This document shows positions 10,948 to 20,640 of a stretch of 64,000 nt of DNA, piece after piece (positions within the stretch are counted from its first letter, which is position 1; every line of letters begins with the position of its first letter). The stretch comes from an uncultured Alphaproteobacteria bacterium (GTDB lineage Bacteria > Pseudomonadota > Alphaproteobacteria > Rhodobacterales > Rhodobacteraceae). The translations under genes were made by a program, and so were the position numbers. The stretch is taken from NCBI GenBank assembly GCA_963714615.1, contig CAVQOV010000010.1:440106-504105 (forward strand), read 5' to 3'. Below the pieces are notes generated by a model. That model did not search any database and was not told the origin of the DNA. It saw only the letters and a list, made by a program, of their open reading frames with translations.

Positions 10948-12256
10948 TTGGAAAACCACATGCCAAAATCAACCCTTCTGCTTGGCCAGACGCTTGCCTT
11001 CACCGCAGACCCGTTCCGCGTGCCAGTCGAAGAGGTCGCACGCCACGAAAGGCGCGGCGCCGTACTGATCGAGGACGGCCGAATTGCCGAGGTCGGCACC
11101 GCCGACGCGCTGCGCGCGGCCCATCGGGGCGCAGAGGTGACCGACTACGGCGACGGCCTGATCACTGCCGGGTTTGTCGATTCGCATGCGCATTACCCGC
11201 AGACCGCGATCATTGCGAGCTGGGGAAAGCGGCTGATCGATTGGCTGAACAGCTATACCTTCCCCGAGGAACTGCGCTTTGACGATCCGGCCTATGCGGC
11301 CGAGATCGCGCGGCTGTATTTCGACCTGACGCTGGCCAACGGAACGACGACGGTCGCCAGCTATTGCACCATCCACCCTGAAAGCGTCGATGCTTTCTTT
11401 GCCGAAGCGCAGCGGCGCAAAGTGCGGGCGGTGGCGGGCAAGACCTGCATGGACCGAAACGCGCCCGACGGCCTTTGCGACACACCGCAGACCGCATACG
11501 ACCAGTCCAAGGCGCTGTTGGCAAAGTGGCACGGGGTTGACCGGCTGTCCTATGCGATCACGCCGCGTTTCTCACCGACTTCGACGCCCGAACAGCTTGC
11601 CGCGATGGGCGAGCTTGTGGGCCGAGCAGCCCGATTGCCTGATGCAAACCCATCTATCGGAGCAGACCGACGAGATCGATTGGGTCGCGCGGCTCTTCCC
11701 GACAGCGCGGGACTACCTGGACACATATGAAAGCCACGGATTGCTTGGGCCCGGGCGGCATGTACGGCCACGCGATCCACCTGACAGACCGCGAACGCGC
11801 GCGGCTGCGCGAGGTCGATGCAGCCCTGATCCATTGCCCGACATCGAACACGTTCATCGGCTCGGGGCTTGTTCGACATGGGCGGCTTGAAGGCCGCCGG
11901 TCACCGGATCGGTCTGGCAACGGATACCGGCGGCGGGTCTTCTTTCTCGATGCTGCGCACAATGGCTGCGGCCTATGAGGTCGGGCAATTGCGCGGAACC
12001 CCGCTGCACGCCGCACAGCTTTACTGGCTGGCAACGGTCGGCTCGGCTCAGGCGATGCGAATGGACGGACAAATCGGAAACCTTTCCAAAGGGATTAGAG
12101 GCCGATCTTATTGTGATCGATCTGGCATCAACGCCTGCCACGGCACAAAGATCAGCCCGTGCCGCCAACTTCTGGGAGGCGCTGTTCCCGACGATCATGA
12201 TGGGCGACGACCGCGCCATCACGGCAGTCTGGGTCAATGGCAAACCGCTGCGCTAG
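10948..12256 (+). pseudogene. guaD: guanine deaminase (amidohydrolase superfamily), frame broken at least 4 times (~11590, ~11760, ~11870, ~12090)
   Basis: N-terminal 10948-~11590 has ...GFVDSHAHYPQT... metal site; continuation ...LMQTHLSEQTDEIDWV..., ...HAIHLTDRERARL..., ...GLATDTGGGSSFSML..., ...ADLIVIDLASTPATAQR... lie in successive different frames. Confidence 0.7.
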
Positions 12257-12744
12257 CAACCGGGTCGCGCCAGAACCAGCACCCAGTAGTTGCCGGGCGC
12301 ATGCGCCAGACCAAACTCGGTGACACCGGGATTGAGGATGTTGCGCCGGTGCCCCGAGCGACTGCATCCAGCCGTCGATCACGTCGGCCTCGCTGGACCG
12401 CCCTTGCGCAATATTCTCGGCAACAATGCAAAACCCGTAACCCTGCGCCCTGACCCTGTCGCCCAATGTATCCCCGTTTGCGCTGGCATGCGAAAAGTAG
12501 CGCTTGGCTGACATTTCGCGGGCATGGCCGGTGGCGGCCGCTGTCAGTTGCGAAGATCGGCGGACGGGCTGCAACCCTTTTGCCGCCCGCTCTGCATTCA
12601 GAAGCGCGCGCGCCGCGCCGGCATTCGCAGCCTGCTGCACTTGCGGCACTTGCGGCATGGGCCGGCGGCCTGGCGAGTTGCCGTCGGGCGTGCAGCCCAA
12701 AAGAGCGCCAAGGCAGATCGCCGCGGTCCATTTCCACAGGTTCA
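12152..12744 (-). CDS. CAP (SCP/PR-1-like) domain lipoprotein; C-terminal part probably frameshifted
   Basis: Lipoprotein signal MNLWKWTAAICLGALLGC; CAP motifs ...YFSHASANGDTLGDRVRAQGY..IVAENIAQG..DVIDGWMQS then the expected GHRANIL block is out of frame. Confidence 0.5.
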
Positions 12745-12762
12745 TCGGTTCTCCTCCGCGCT

Positions 12763-14100
12763 CTAGTCCATCAGAACCGCAGCCAGACGGTTCTGCTCTT
12801 GGATGACCTGCTCCAGATCGATCGTCAGCATGCGCCCGTCGCGCACGATCTGTCGTCCTTCGACAAACAGATCGCGCACCTGCGTCGGTCCGGCCAGCAG
12901 GATCGCCGCCGGATCCCAGCTTCCGGCCGAGCAAATACCCGATATGTCCCAGATCGCAATATCCGCGCGCTTGCCCACCGCGATTTGCCCACAATCGCGC
13001 CGGCCAAGAACCTCGGCCCCACCGCGCGTCGCAATCTCCAACGCTTCGCGGGCGCTCATCTTGTCAGCACCGCCTGAAACCCTTTGCAACAGCATGGCCT
13101 GACGCGCCTCTGCCACCATGTTTCCACCGTCATTCGAGGCCGACCCATCGACACCCAGCCCAATCCTGACGCCACGGTCACGCATCACCCGAACCGGCGC
13201 GATGCCAGAGCCGAGGCGGCAATTCGAACAGGGGCAATGCGCAACTCCGGTCTTCGAGCGCGCGAAAAGGTCGATTTCGGAACCGTCCAGCTTGACGCAA
13301 TGCGCATGCCAGACATCATCGCCGGTCCAGCCCAGATCCTCGGCGTACTGGCCCGGGCGGCAGCCGAACTGGGCAAGGGAATAAGCAATATCCTCGTCAT
13401 TCTCGGCCAGATGCGTGTGCATCATGACGCCCTTGTCGCGCGCCAGCGCGGCCGCATCGCGCATCAGTTCTCGGCTGACCGAGAATGGAGAGCACGGGGC
13501 CACGCCGATGCGCAGCATCGCACCATCGCTGGCGTCGTGATGGCTGTCGATGACACGGATACAGTCTTCAAGGATATCCGCTTCGGCCTCTACAAGCGCG
13601 TCGGGCGGCAGACCGCCGGCACTTTCCCCGATCGACATCGCGCCGCGTGTGGCGTGAAACCGCAGACCGATCTGACGCGCCGCATCGATCGTGTCGTCCA
13701 GCCTGGCGCCGTTGGGATAGAGGTAAAGGTGGTCAGAACTCAGCGTGCACCCCGACAACGCCAGCTCCGCCAGACCGGCAAGCGCTGAAACCCGCATCTC
13801 TTCCGGTCCGAACCGCCCCCAGATCGGATAGAGCGTTTTCAGCCAGCCGAACAGCAATGCATCCTGCGCACCGGGAACCGCGCGGGTCAGGGTCTGGTAG
13901 AGATGGTGATGCGTATTAACGAGGCCCGGCGTTACAACACAACCACTTGCGCTGACAGTTTCGCCCGTCGTCGTAAGGCCGAAACCAATCTCTGAAATCA
14001 CACCGCCGCGCAAACGGATATCAGCACCCGACAGCTCTTGCCGGTCATCGTTCATGGTCAGAATGCTATCGGCATTCCGGATCAGTATTTCTCGGCTCAT
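12763..14100 (-). CDS. amidohydrolase, 8-oxoguanine deaminase-like
   Basis: 445 aa from MSREILIRNADSILTMNDDRQEL..; metal-binding HxH (VNTHHHLYQT), ...HTHLAENDEDI..., ...GLGVDGSASND... typical of the SsnA/8-oxoguanine deaminase subgroup; next to guaD. Confidence 0.7.
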   Translation of the reverse strand: MSREILIRNADSILTMNDDRQELSGADIRLRGGVISEIGFGLTTTGETVSASGCVVTPGLVNTHHHLYQTLTRAVPGAQDALLFGWLKTLYPIWGRFGPEEMRVSALAGLAELALSGCTLSSDHLYLYPNGARLDDTIDAARQIGLRFHATRGAMSIGESAGGLPPDALVEAEADILEDCIRVIDSHHDASDGAMLRIGVAPCSPFSVSRELMRDAAALARDKGVMMHTHLAENDEDIAYSLAQFGCRPGQYAEDLGWTGDDVWHAHCVKLDGSEIDLFARSKTGVAHCPCSNCRLGSGIAPVRVMRDRGVRIGLGVDGSASNDGGNMVAEARQAMLLQRVSGGADKMSAREALEIATRGGAEVLGRRDCGQIAVGKRADIAIWDISGICSAGSWDPAAILLAGPTQVRDLFVEGRQIVRDGRMLTIDLEQVIQEQNRLAAVLMD

Positions 14101-14235
14101 TTGGATCGCCCTTGCACGTCGCTTGGGCCCCGTTCGGATGAAGTGTGCATGTCGACCGACAGAAAGGGGCGAAGGACTCGGCGTCACCCCAGAATGATAG
14201 CGACCGGGCTTGGGATCAGGCAAGACCCGCCGTGG

Positions 14236-15048
14236 TTAAAGTTCCGGCGCCTCGTGCAGCACCTTCAGAGCCGCATTGTGCAGGTCTGCGCTCGCGGCCG
14301 CCAGAATTCGCCCGCCCTCATGCGCCGGGCGGCCGCGCCAGTCGGTCACGATGCCGCCTGCCGCCTCGATGACCGCAATCGGCGCCTGCACGTCGTAGGA
14401 TTGCAGCCCGGCCTCGACAACCAGATCGACATTGCCCGCTGCCAGCAAGGCATAGGCGTAGCAATCCATGCCGTATCGCGTCAGTTGCACCTGTTGTGAA
14501 AGCGCACGAAACGCAGCACCTTCCTCGATCGAACCAACCTCTGGAAATGTCGTGAACAAGATCGCCCGCGAAAGCGCCGACGCGGGACGAACGCTGATCA
14601 GACTTTTATTGCCCAAGCGGTGCAGTTCCGCGATGCCAAACCCACCCACAAAACGCTCGCCGGTATAGGGCTGATCAATGATCCCGAGGATCGGTCCGGA
14701 AGCATCGCGCACCGATATTAATGTGCCCCAGGTTGGCGTTCCGCTGATGAAACCGCGGGTGCCATCGATCGGGTCCAGAACCCAGGTCAGGCCGCTGCGC
14801 CCCTCGGTCGGGCTGAATTCCTCGCCCAGAATGCCATCTTCGGGGCGCATCTGCTGCAAGACCGCGCGTATTGCCTGCTCCGCCTCGCGGTCGGCACGGG
14901 TAACGGGGTCAAAATGGCTCTGCTCCTTGGTTTCCGTGTGCAGATCGGAACCGCGGAAATACTTTAGCGTAACGACACTTGCCGCGTCGGCGGCCGCATG
15001 TGCTGCATCCAGCAGCGCATCGCGGTCGGTTCGCGAGAATTCAGTCAT
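14236..15048 (-). CDS. inositol monophosphatase family protein (possibly histidinol-phosphatase HisN)
   Basis: Motifs ...EEF..E.....WVLDPIDGTRGFI... and ...AGG... of the IMPase/FIG superfamily. Confidence 0.75.
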   Translation of the reverse strand: MTEFSRTDRDALLDAAHAAADAASVVTLKYFRGSDLHTETKEQSHFDPVTRADREAEQAIRAVLQQMRPEDGILGEEFSPTEGRSGLTWVLDPIDGTRGFISGTPTWGTLISVRDASGPILGIIDQPYTGERFVGGFGIAELHRLGNKSLISVRPASALSRAILFTTFPEVGSIEEGAAFRALSQQVQLTRYGMDCYAYALLAAGNVDLVVEAGLQSYDVQAPIAVIEAAGGIVTDWRGRPAHEGGRILAAASADLHNAALKVLHEAPEL

Positions 15049-15117
15049 GAAACGCCTTCCGTCCAACCACCCCATCCAAGGGGTTTAGCCGGACATCAGC
15101 ATCTAAACCAGATGCAA

Positions 15118-15492
15118 TCAGGCCACGTCGGACAAGACGCGCGCCAGTTCAAACAGGCGCCGACGCTGGTTTTCCGGGATCGAATAGTAGGACCGCACCA
15201 GTTCAAGCGCTTCCTTGTCGGCCATGATGTCGCCCGGGATCATCGTCGAGGTGCCGTTCGCATGCGCCGCATGCTCATCAATTCCCTCGAAGAAAAAGCT
15301 GACCGGCACATCCACCGCCTCTGCAATGTCCCACAGACGAGAGGCACTGACACGGTTCATCCCGGTTTCGTACTTCTGAATCTGCTGGAACTTGATACCA
15401 ACTTTTTCGGCCAACTGCTGCTGAGTCATCCCAACCATCCATCGGCGGTGACGAATTCTCTTGCCGACGTGTACATCCACAGGATGTTTCAT
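15118..15492 (-). CDS. XRE-family helix-turn-helix transcriptional regulator
   Basis: HTH ...MTQQQLAEKVGIKFQQIQKYETG.NR..ASRLWDIA...; 124 aa. Confidence 0.7.
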   Translation of the reverse strand: MKHPVDVHVGKRIRHRRWMVGMTQQQLAEKVGIKFQQIQKYETGMNRVSASRLWDIAEAVDVPVSFFFEGIDEHAAHANGTSTMIPGDIMADKEALELVRSYYSIPENQRRRLFELARVLSDVA

Positions 15493-15818
15493 GGGAGAGC
15501 TCCTTATTCGTTTAACGTGCATAGTGTGTCGACCTTTAGCCTACATTTCTCAACCTGTCTTTTTGGACAGGCAGACTGTCGCCGAGCTGTGGACAATGAT
15601 TTCAAGTGCTTAGCAATAAATCCTAAAAAACAGGCACGAAGTCACAATTCTGGTCAGCGGATCGAACTTTTTTGCGGCTGCAAATTTCGCAATTTGCAAA
15701 TCATTCCGCTTCAATCGTTCGCATGGTGCGATTCTCTTTCAGGTTGAGTCGCCCTCGGCTGGCTGGCTTTTTGCCGAACCATTCACTAGGACAAGGCAAA
15801 ATGAGCATGGGGGCCAGC

Positions 15819-16793
15819 ATGAAAGCATGTCGGATTATTGCGAATGGCGCGAAGCCAACCGTCCAGGACATCGCCGTTCCGGAACCTTCCGCAGGTGAAA
15901 TCAGGCTTCGCATAGAAGCTTGCGGGTTGAACTTTGCCGATCTGTTGATGATCAGCGGCAGTTATCAGGAGACGCCCGAGCCACCGTTTACGCTGGGGAT
16001 GGAGGCCGCGGGAACCGTCGACACCGTCGGTGCGGACGTCAAGTCGCTCCGCCCGGGCGACCGTATTGCTGTTTTTGCCGGCAGTGGCGGGCTGGCAGAG
16101 TTCGGCTGCTTTCCGGCGGACAGATGCGTTACCCTGCCCAAGGCCATGCCCTTCACCGACGCCGCCGCCTTTCAGGTTGCGTATGGAACCAGCCATCTTG
16201 CCCTGCAACACCGCGCAAGGTTGCAGCCCGGTGAAACGCTGCTGGTGCTGGGGGCCGCCGGCGGCGTTGGATTGACGGCGGTCGAGATTGGCAAGCACAT
16301 GGGCGCAAAAGTGATTGCGGTCGCGCGCGGCGCCAAGAAACTAGACGCGGCCAAAGCGGCGGGGGCGGATCATCTGATCGACGGTGGCACCCAGGACCTT
16401 CGCGCCGAGGTCAAGGCGCTGGGTGGCGCGGATGTTGTCTTTGATCCTGTCGGCGGCGATCAATTCAATGCTGCCCTGCGCGCCTGCAACCCCGAGGCTC
16501 GGGTGCTCGTGATCGGTTTTGCCAGCGGCGAGGTGCCGCAAATCGCGGCCAACATTCTTTTGGTCAAGAACATCACGGTTATCGGGTTTTACTGGGGCGG
16601 CTACATGGGTTTCAAACCAGAGGCGCTGACCGGCAGCCTGGCGCAACTGTTCGAATGGTATGCCGCGGGCAAGCTTCGCCCGCATGTCAGCCATGTCCTG
16701 CCCTTGGATCGTGCGGTCGACGGTTTCGATCTGCTGCGCCGCCGGATCTCGACCGGCAAGGTGGTAATCACGCCACAGCCTGCATCAGCCTGA
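15819..16793 (+). CDS. NADPH:quinone oxidoreductase / zinc-type alcohol dehydrogenase-like protein (MDR superfamily)
   Basis: GroES-like N-domain, Rossmann GAAGGVG motif (LVLGAAGGVGLTAVEI). Confidence 0.8.
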   Translation: MKACRIIANGAKPTVQDIAVPEPSAGEIRLRIEACGLNFADLLMISGSYQETPEPPFTLGMEAAGTVDTVGADVKSLRPGDRIAVFAGSGGLAEFGCFPADRCVTLPKAMPFTDAAAFQVAYGTSHLALQHRARLQPGETLLVLGAAGGVGLTAVEIGKHMGAKVIAVARGAKKLDAAKAAGADHLIDGGTQDLRAEVKALGGADVVFDPVGGDQFNAALRACNPEARVLVIGFASGEVPQIAANILLVKNITVIGFYWGGYMGFKPEALTGSLAQLFEWYAAGKLRPHVSHVLPLDRAVDGFDLLRRRISTGKVVITPQPASA

Positions 16794-17640
16794 CGCCGAA
16801 GGCCTGCCGCACAAGGGTGGCAAGATCCTGAATGACCGGGCTTTTGGTGGGGTCGGCGCAGTAGAAGTTGATCTTGACCTTCGCCAGCGACGGCAAGGCA
16901 CCGCCATGCTGGATGATCTCGACGTATGGCGGCGTCGTGCCTTCGATCATCGCGTGCACCGCCAGATCGGCGCTGACGCTGGCCTCGATGGTGCGGCTTT
17001 GTTCGGATTCAATCGCCATTTCCCAAGGAATGCCCGCCCGGTCCAGCGCGGCCTGAACACCCGACCGGAAGATGCAACGATGCTCGAAGGCCAGCCGCAA
17101 CGGGCGCTGCTTCCAACTCAGGCCACCGGGTGCGCCGATCCAGACCAGCGGTAGCGTGGTCAGGGTTTCGCCGCCCGCATCGACGGTATCCTCGGTGGTC
17201 AGGATCATGTCGCATTTGCCGCGCGCGAACTGCTCTTTGAGCGATCGGGTGAACGAGGATACCAACTGAACCTTCACGCGCGGATAATCTGCGTGGAACC
17301 GCTGCAATACCTGCGGGATCGCGGGGTAAACGATGTCATGCGGGACGCCCAGCACGACCTCTCCCTCGAAATCCTGATGGGTCAGCCGGGCATAGACCTC
17401 GTCATTCAAACTGAGCATCCGCCGGGCATACCCCAGCAATTGTTCCCCCGACGCGGTCAGCGCAATCGTCCGCCCGGTTCGGTCCATCAACTCCAACCCC
17501 AGCGACTCTTCCAGCCGCTTCAACTGCATGGAAACCGCCGATTGGGTCAGGTTCAGAAAGCCAGAGGCACGTGTCACGCCCCCCGCATCGGCAACCGCAA
17601 CAAAGGACCGCAACGCGGTCATGTCGATATTTCTTGGCAT
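16768..17640 (-). CDS. LysR-family transcriptional regulator
   Basis: N-terminal HTH ...LRSFVAVADAGGVTRASGFLNLTQSAVSMQLKRLEE... plus LysR substrate-binding domain; divergent from the DUF1127 gene. Confidence 0.85.
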   Translation of the reverse strand: MPRNIDMTALRSFVAVADAGGVTRASGFLNLTQSAVSMQLKRLEESLGLELMDRTGRTIALTASGEQLLGYARRMLSLNDEVYARLTHQDFEGEVVLGVPHDIVYPAIPQVLQRFHADYPRVKVQLVSSFTRSLKEQFARGKCDMILTTEDTVDAGGETLTTLPLVWIGAPGGLSWKQRPLRLAFEHRCIFRSGVQAALDRAGIPWEMAIESEQSRTIEASVSADLAVHAMIEGTTPPYVEIIQHGGALPSLAKVKINFYCADPTKSPVIQDLATLVRQAFGVRLMQAVA

Positions 17641-17764
17641 ATCACGCTTCCTGATGGTTGCCCCAACAATCATTCATTTTACTAATTTAACGGGTTACGG
17701 CAGAAGTATCAAGAAAGATGATCGATGCAGCAGCAATGATCACTCAAACGGAAGGATTGAAGAA

Positions 17765-17986
17765 ATGACCACCTGCACCACAGACACCCGCTTCGCGCAT
17801 TCTGCCACACCCTCGCGGTTTTCGATTCTGGCGTTTCTCGGCATGGCGATTGCGGCTCGCAAGCAGCGGGCAGCATTGAAAAATCTTGACGAGGCCAAGC
17901 TTCGCGATCTGGGTCTGACCGCTGCTCAGGCCGAAGCCGAGGCAAACCGCCCGATCTGGGACGTGCCAGCGAGTTGGCGCCGTTGA
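17765..17986 (+). CDS. DUF1127 domain small protein
   Basis: 73 aa; C-terminal ...LKNLDEAKLRDLGLTAAQAEAEANRPIW matches the DUF1127 signature (..L.D.GLTR.DA..EA.KPFW). Confidence 0.6.
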   Translation: MTTCTTDTRFAHSATPSRFSILAFLGMAIAARKQRAALKNLDEAKLRDLGLTAAQAEAEANRPIWDVPASWRR

Positions 17987-18117
17987 GGTATTTCGCGGAT
18001 AACTCTGATAATACGGCGAGAAATCCTTGAATATCTGTCGATCCCTGCCAATATCCTAGCAGGAGGGCGGACTGCATGTGTGGGCCGCCCATTGAGAGAC
18101 ATCTAGGAGGCAGTTGA

Positions 18118-18855
18118 ATGGCTGACTATCAAACCATCCGCGCCGGAGCTGGCGTACGGACGGCCGAAATTGACGCGGGCCTCAAGGCCCATATGAACAA
18201 GGTTTACGGCACCATGTCCGTGGGCCTTCTGGTGACCGCACTGGCCGCTTGGGCGGTGGGGTCAAGCGACGTTCTGCTGGCGATCTTCCGCGATCCGGCA
18301 ACGCTGCGCCCGAACCTGTTCGGTTGGGTGATCATGTTCGCTCCGCTGATCATGGTTTTCGCCTTTGGCGCATTGATCAACCGCCTGTCCGCCGCTGGCG
18401 CGCAGCTTTTCTTCTACGCTTTCGCGGCGGTGATGGGTCTGTCGATCAGCTGGATCTTCGCAGTTTTCACTGGGATCTCGATCACCCAGACGTTCCTCGT
18501 GACCTCGATCTCTTTCGCCGGTCTGTCGCTTTGGGGCTACACCACCAAGAAAGACATTTCGGGTTGGGGATCGTTCCTGATCATGGGCGTGATCGGCCTG
18601 ATCGTGGCGTCGATCGTGAACATCTTCCTGGGATCGCCCGCGATCATGTTCGCGATCTCGGTGATCGGCGTACTGATCTTCGCGGCCCTCACGGCCTATG
18701 ACACCCAGAAGATCAAGACCGATTACATCCAGCACGCGCAGTCGATGGACAGCGAATGGTTGGGCAAGTCGGCGATCATGGGGGCGTTGAACCTCTATCT
18801 CGACTTCATCAACCTGTTCATGTTCCTGCTGCATTTCCTCGGCAACCGAGAGTAA
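18118..18855 (+). CDS. Bax inhibitor-1/YccA family membrane protein
   Basis: 245 aa, 7 TM; motifs ...HMNKVYGTMS..., ...SGWGSFLIMGVIGLIV..., C-terminal ...MGALNLYLDFINLF... Confidence 0.85.
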   Translation: MADYQTIRAGAGVRTAEIDAGLKAHMNKVYGTMSVGLLVTALAAWAVGSSDVLLAIFRDPATLRPNLFGWVIMFAPLIMVFAFGALINRLSAAGAQLFFYAFAAVMGLSISWIFAVFTGISITQTFLVTSISFAGLSLWGYTTKKDISGWGSFLIMGVIGLIVASIVNIFLGSPAIMFAISVIGVLIFAALTAYDTQKIKTDYIQHAQSMDSEWLGKSAIMGALNLYLDFINLFMFLLHFLGNRE

Positions 18856-18879
18856 CAGGTTTCGCCGCGAAACCTCAAA

Positions 18880-18910
18880 GGGCCGGTCTAGCGACCGGCC
18901 CTTTTCTTTT
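18880..18910 (+). terminator. rho-independent terminator (stem GGGCCGGTC / GACCGGCCC, loop TAGC, T-tract TTTTCTTTT) between convergent genes
   Basis: Perfect 9-bp GC-rich stem followed by a T-run 25 nt downstream of the BI-1 stop; also sits just 3' of the minus-strand small lipoprotein gene. Confidence 0.6.
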
Positions 18911-18914
18911 GCGG

Positions 18915-19091
18915 TCAGCCCTGCAGATCGTTGAAGAGGGCCGCGCGATAATTGCCTTCTACCGGCTGGGTCTGGCCCGTCGTCGCCGCTGGCGAGCCAA
19001 AGCCGACACCGCTGGAGCGGGCAGTGCGCTCGGAAACCGAGCAGCCAGAGACGATCAGACCGGCCAGAATAACAAACAAAAATGCGCGCAT
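18915..19091 (-). CDS. small lipoprotein (58 aa), absent from ORF track because <60 aa
   Basis: ATG at 19091; MRAFLFVILAGLIVSGCSVSERTARSSGVGFGSPAATTGQTQPVEGNYRAALFNDLQG*; lipobox LIVSGC; stop at 18915 just before the terminator. Confidence 0.4.
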   Translation of the reverse strand: MRAFLFVILAGLIVSGCSVSERTARSSGVGFGSPAATTGQTQPVEGNYRAALFNDLQG

Positions 19092-19197
19092 GGCATCCTC
19101 CGATGAGTGATTTCGTTGATGTTTCGCTACGCGACGGTCTGGACCATCATTGGGCGTGAATGGGGTAAAACCACGACGGCGTGATAAAGAAGGCGTG

Positions 19198-19231
19198 ATA
19201 AAGAAAAAGCCGCATGGAACTCCATGCGGCC
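19198..19231 (-). terminator. rho-independent terminator downstream of rpmG
   Basis: Minus strand reads GCCGCATGGAgttCCATGCGGC followed by TTTTTCTTT, ~25 nt after the rpmG stop. Confidence 0.55.
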
Positions 19232-19256
19232 TAAGACTTCGTCCAAAAGGAAAGGC

Positions 19257-19424
19257 TTACTTGATCTTGCCTTCCTTGTATTCGACATGCTTGCGGATGA
19301 CGGGGTCGTATTTCTTCACGACCATCTTTTCGGTCATCGTCCGGGCGTTCTTCTTGGTCACGTAGAAATGGCCCGTATCCGCGGTCGAGTTCAGACGGAT
19401 CTTGATCGTCGTCGGTTTCGCCAT
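19257..19424 (-). CDS. rpmG: 50S ribosomal protein L33
   Basis: [55 protein letters not shown], 55 aa, canonical L33. Confidence 0.85.
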   Translation of the reverse strand: MAKPTTIKIRLNSTADTGHFYVTKKNARTMTEKMVVKKYDPVIRKHVEYKEGKIK

Positions 19425-19555
19425 TTGTCTTCTCCTGCAGCCGGGCAGCATGGTGCCCGTGAAATCCCTGAAACCCGCCTTTTACTGGTAAGGGGGGCCG
19501 AGTCAACAGCAATTCCGGTGAGTGCGGCGACATTTGCCACAGTTCCCCGGATCGA

Positions 19556-19953
19556 TATGCACGGATGGCCTGTAAGCCGGATTCTGTCCAAGAGGTTGCC
19601 CCCTCTGGATGACCATTCCTCTGCGTCCGCCGTTACCGGCGAACGTCAAGCTGCCAACCCGGACCTCTGGGCTGAAGCGTCCCTGCAGGCGGTATCGGTT
19701 GCCCGACCAGCCCTGCGCGAGGTCCCTATTCGGCATTGCTCCGGGTGGGGCTTGCCATGCCGCGCCTGTTGCCAAGCCCGCGGTGCGCTCTTACCGCACC
19801 TTTTCACCTTTTCCGATCCGAAGACCGGTAGTCTGTTTTCTGTGGCGCTTTCCCTCGGGTTTCCCCGGCCGGGCGTTACCCGGCACCCTTGCTTCATGGA
19901 GTCCGGACTTTCCTCGGACGTTGCCGCCCGCGATCATCCAGCCATCCGCGCAA
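19556..19953 (-). ncRNA. rnpB: RNase P RNA (bacterial type A)
   Basis: Minus strand carries universal motifs GAGGAAAGTCCGGACTCC (P4 5' half), GGTGAAAAGGTGCGGTAAGAGCGCACC, CCACCCGGAGCAATGCCGAATAGGG, ACAGAATCCGGCTTACAG (P4 3' half); terminal P1 helix GCGCGGATGGCTG / CAGGCCATCCGTGC; ~398 nt. Three overlapping ORFs in the track are artefacts. Confidence 0.85.
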
Positions 19954-19961
19954 GATGTCAT

Positions 19962-20639
19962 TTAGGCGCTGGCAGGCGCAGGGTCAACGGGGTAGCGCGC
20001 AGCAAGGTCGGCGATCATGGCGCGGTCGGTGGCGTCTGCGGGCCCTGAGGCCCAAGGACGGAATCGCAGCCGAAAGGCGCTAAGCACGGCCTCTGGCTCT
20101 GCCTCCGGATAGCCAAAGCGACGGGCAGCGGCCCTGAAATCCGCGTGCCCGCTGGCGTTCGGCTCGGGCCAGACCGACAACCCGGTCAGCGCAAGGCGGC
20201 GCCAGTCAAATCGGGCGCCGGGATCGGATTTGCGCGTCGGCGCCATGTCGGAATGCGCGATCACCCCCTGCGCCGCGATATCCCATCGCGTCATGATGTC
20301 CGCAAGCAGACGCTCCAGCATATCGATCTGGCGAGCGGCAAATGGTGTCTGTCCGTCATTGGTCAGCTCGATCCCGATCGACCGCGAATTCACATCCATA
20401 CTGCCGCCCCACGCGCCCGCGCCGGCATGCCAGGCCCGATGCCGTTCCGCAACCAGCCGCAATACCTGCCCATCTTCCGCAATCAGGTAGTGGGCCGAGA
20501 CCTCAGCCTGCGGATCGCACAGCCGTTCAACAGCCTGCTGCGTCGTTGCCAGCGCAGTATAGTGAATGACCACCAGATCAGGTGTTTCGCGATTCCGCCG
20601 ATCACCGAAATTCGGTGACGGGTGGTCGATGATCTGCAC
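19962..20639 (-). CDS. N-acetylmuramoyl-L-alanine amidase (amidase_2, AmpD/AmiD-like)
   Basis: ...IIDHPSPNFGDRR...LVVIHYTA...AHYLIAEDGQV...RAWHAGAGAWGG...GIELTNDG...; probable GTG start at 20639 directly after the TAG of the upstream gene. Confidence 0.7.
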   Translation of the reverse strand: MQIIDHPSPNFGDRRNRETPDLVVIHYTALATTQQAVERLCDPQAEVSAHYLIAEDGQVLRLVAERHRAWHAGAGAWGGSMDVNSRSIGIELTNDGQTPFAARQIDMLERLLADIMTRWDIAAQGVIAHSDMAPTRKSDPGARFDWRRLALTGLSVWPEPNASGHADFRAAARRFGYPEAEPEAVLSAFRLRFRPWASGPADATDRAMIADLAARYPVDPAPASA

Positions 20640-20640
20640 C

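Noticed and set aside
19503-19965. ORFs 19503-19775(-), 19609-19965(+), 19646-19897(-)
   Set aside because: They overlap the RNase P RNA gene. Their arginine/proline-rich translations are typical GC-rich noise.
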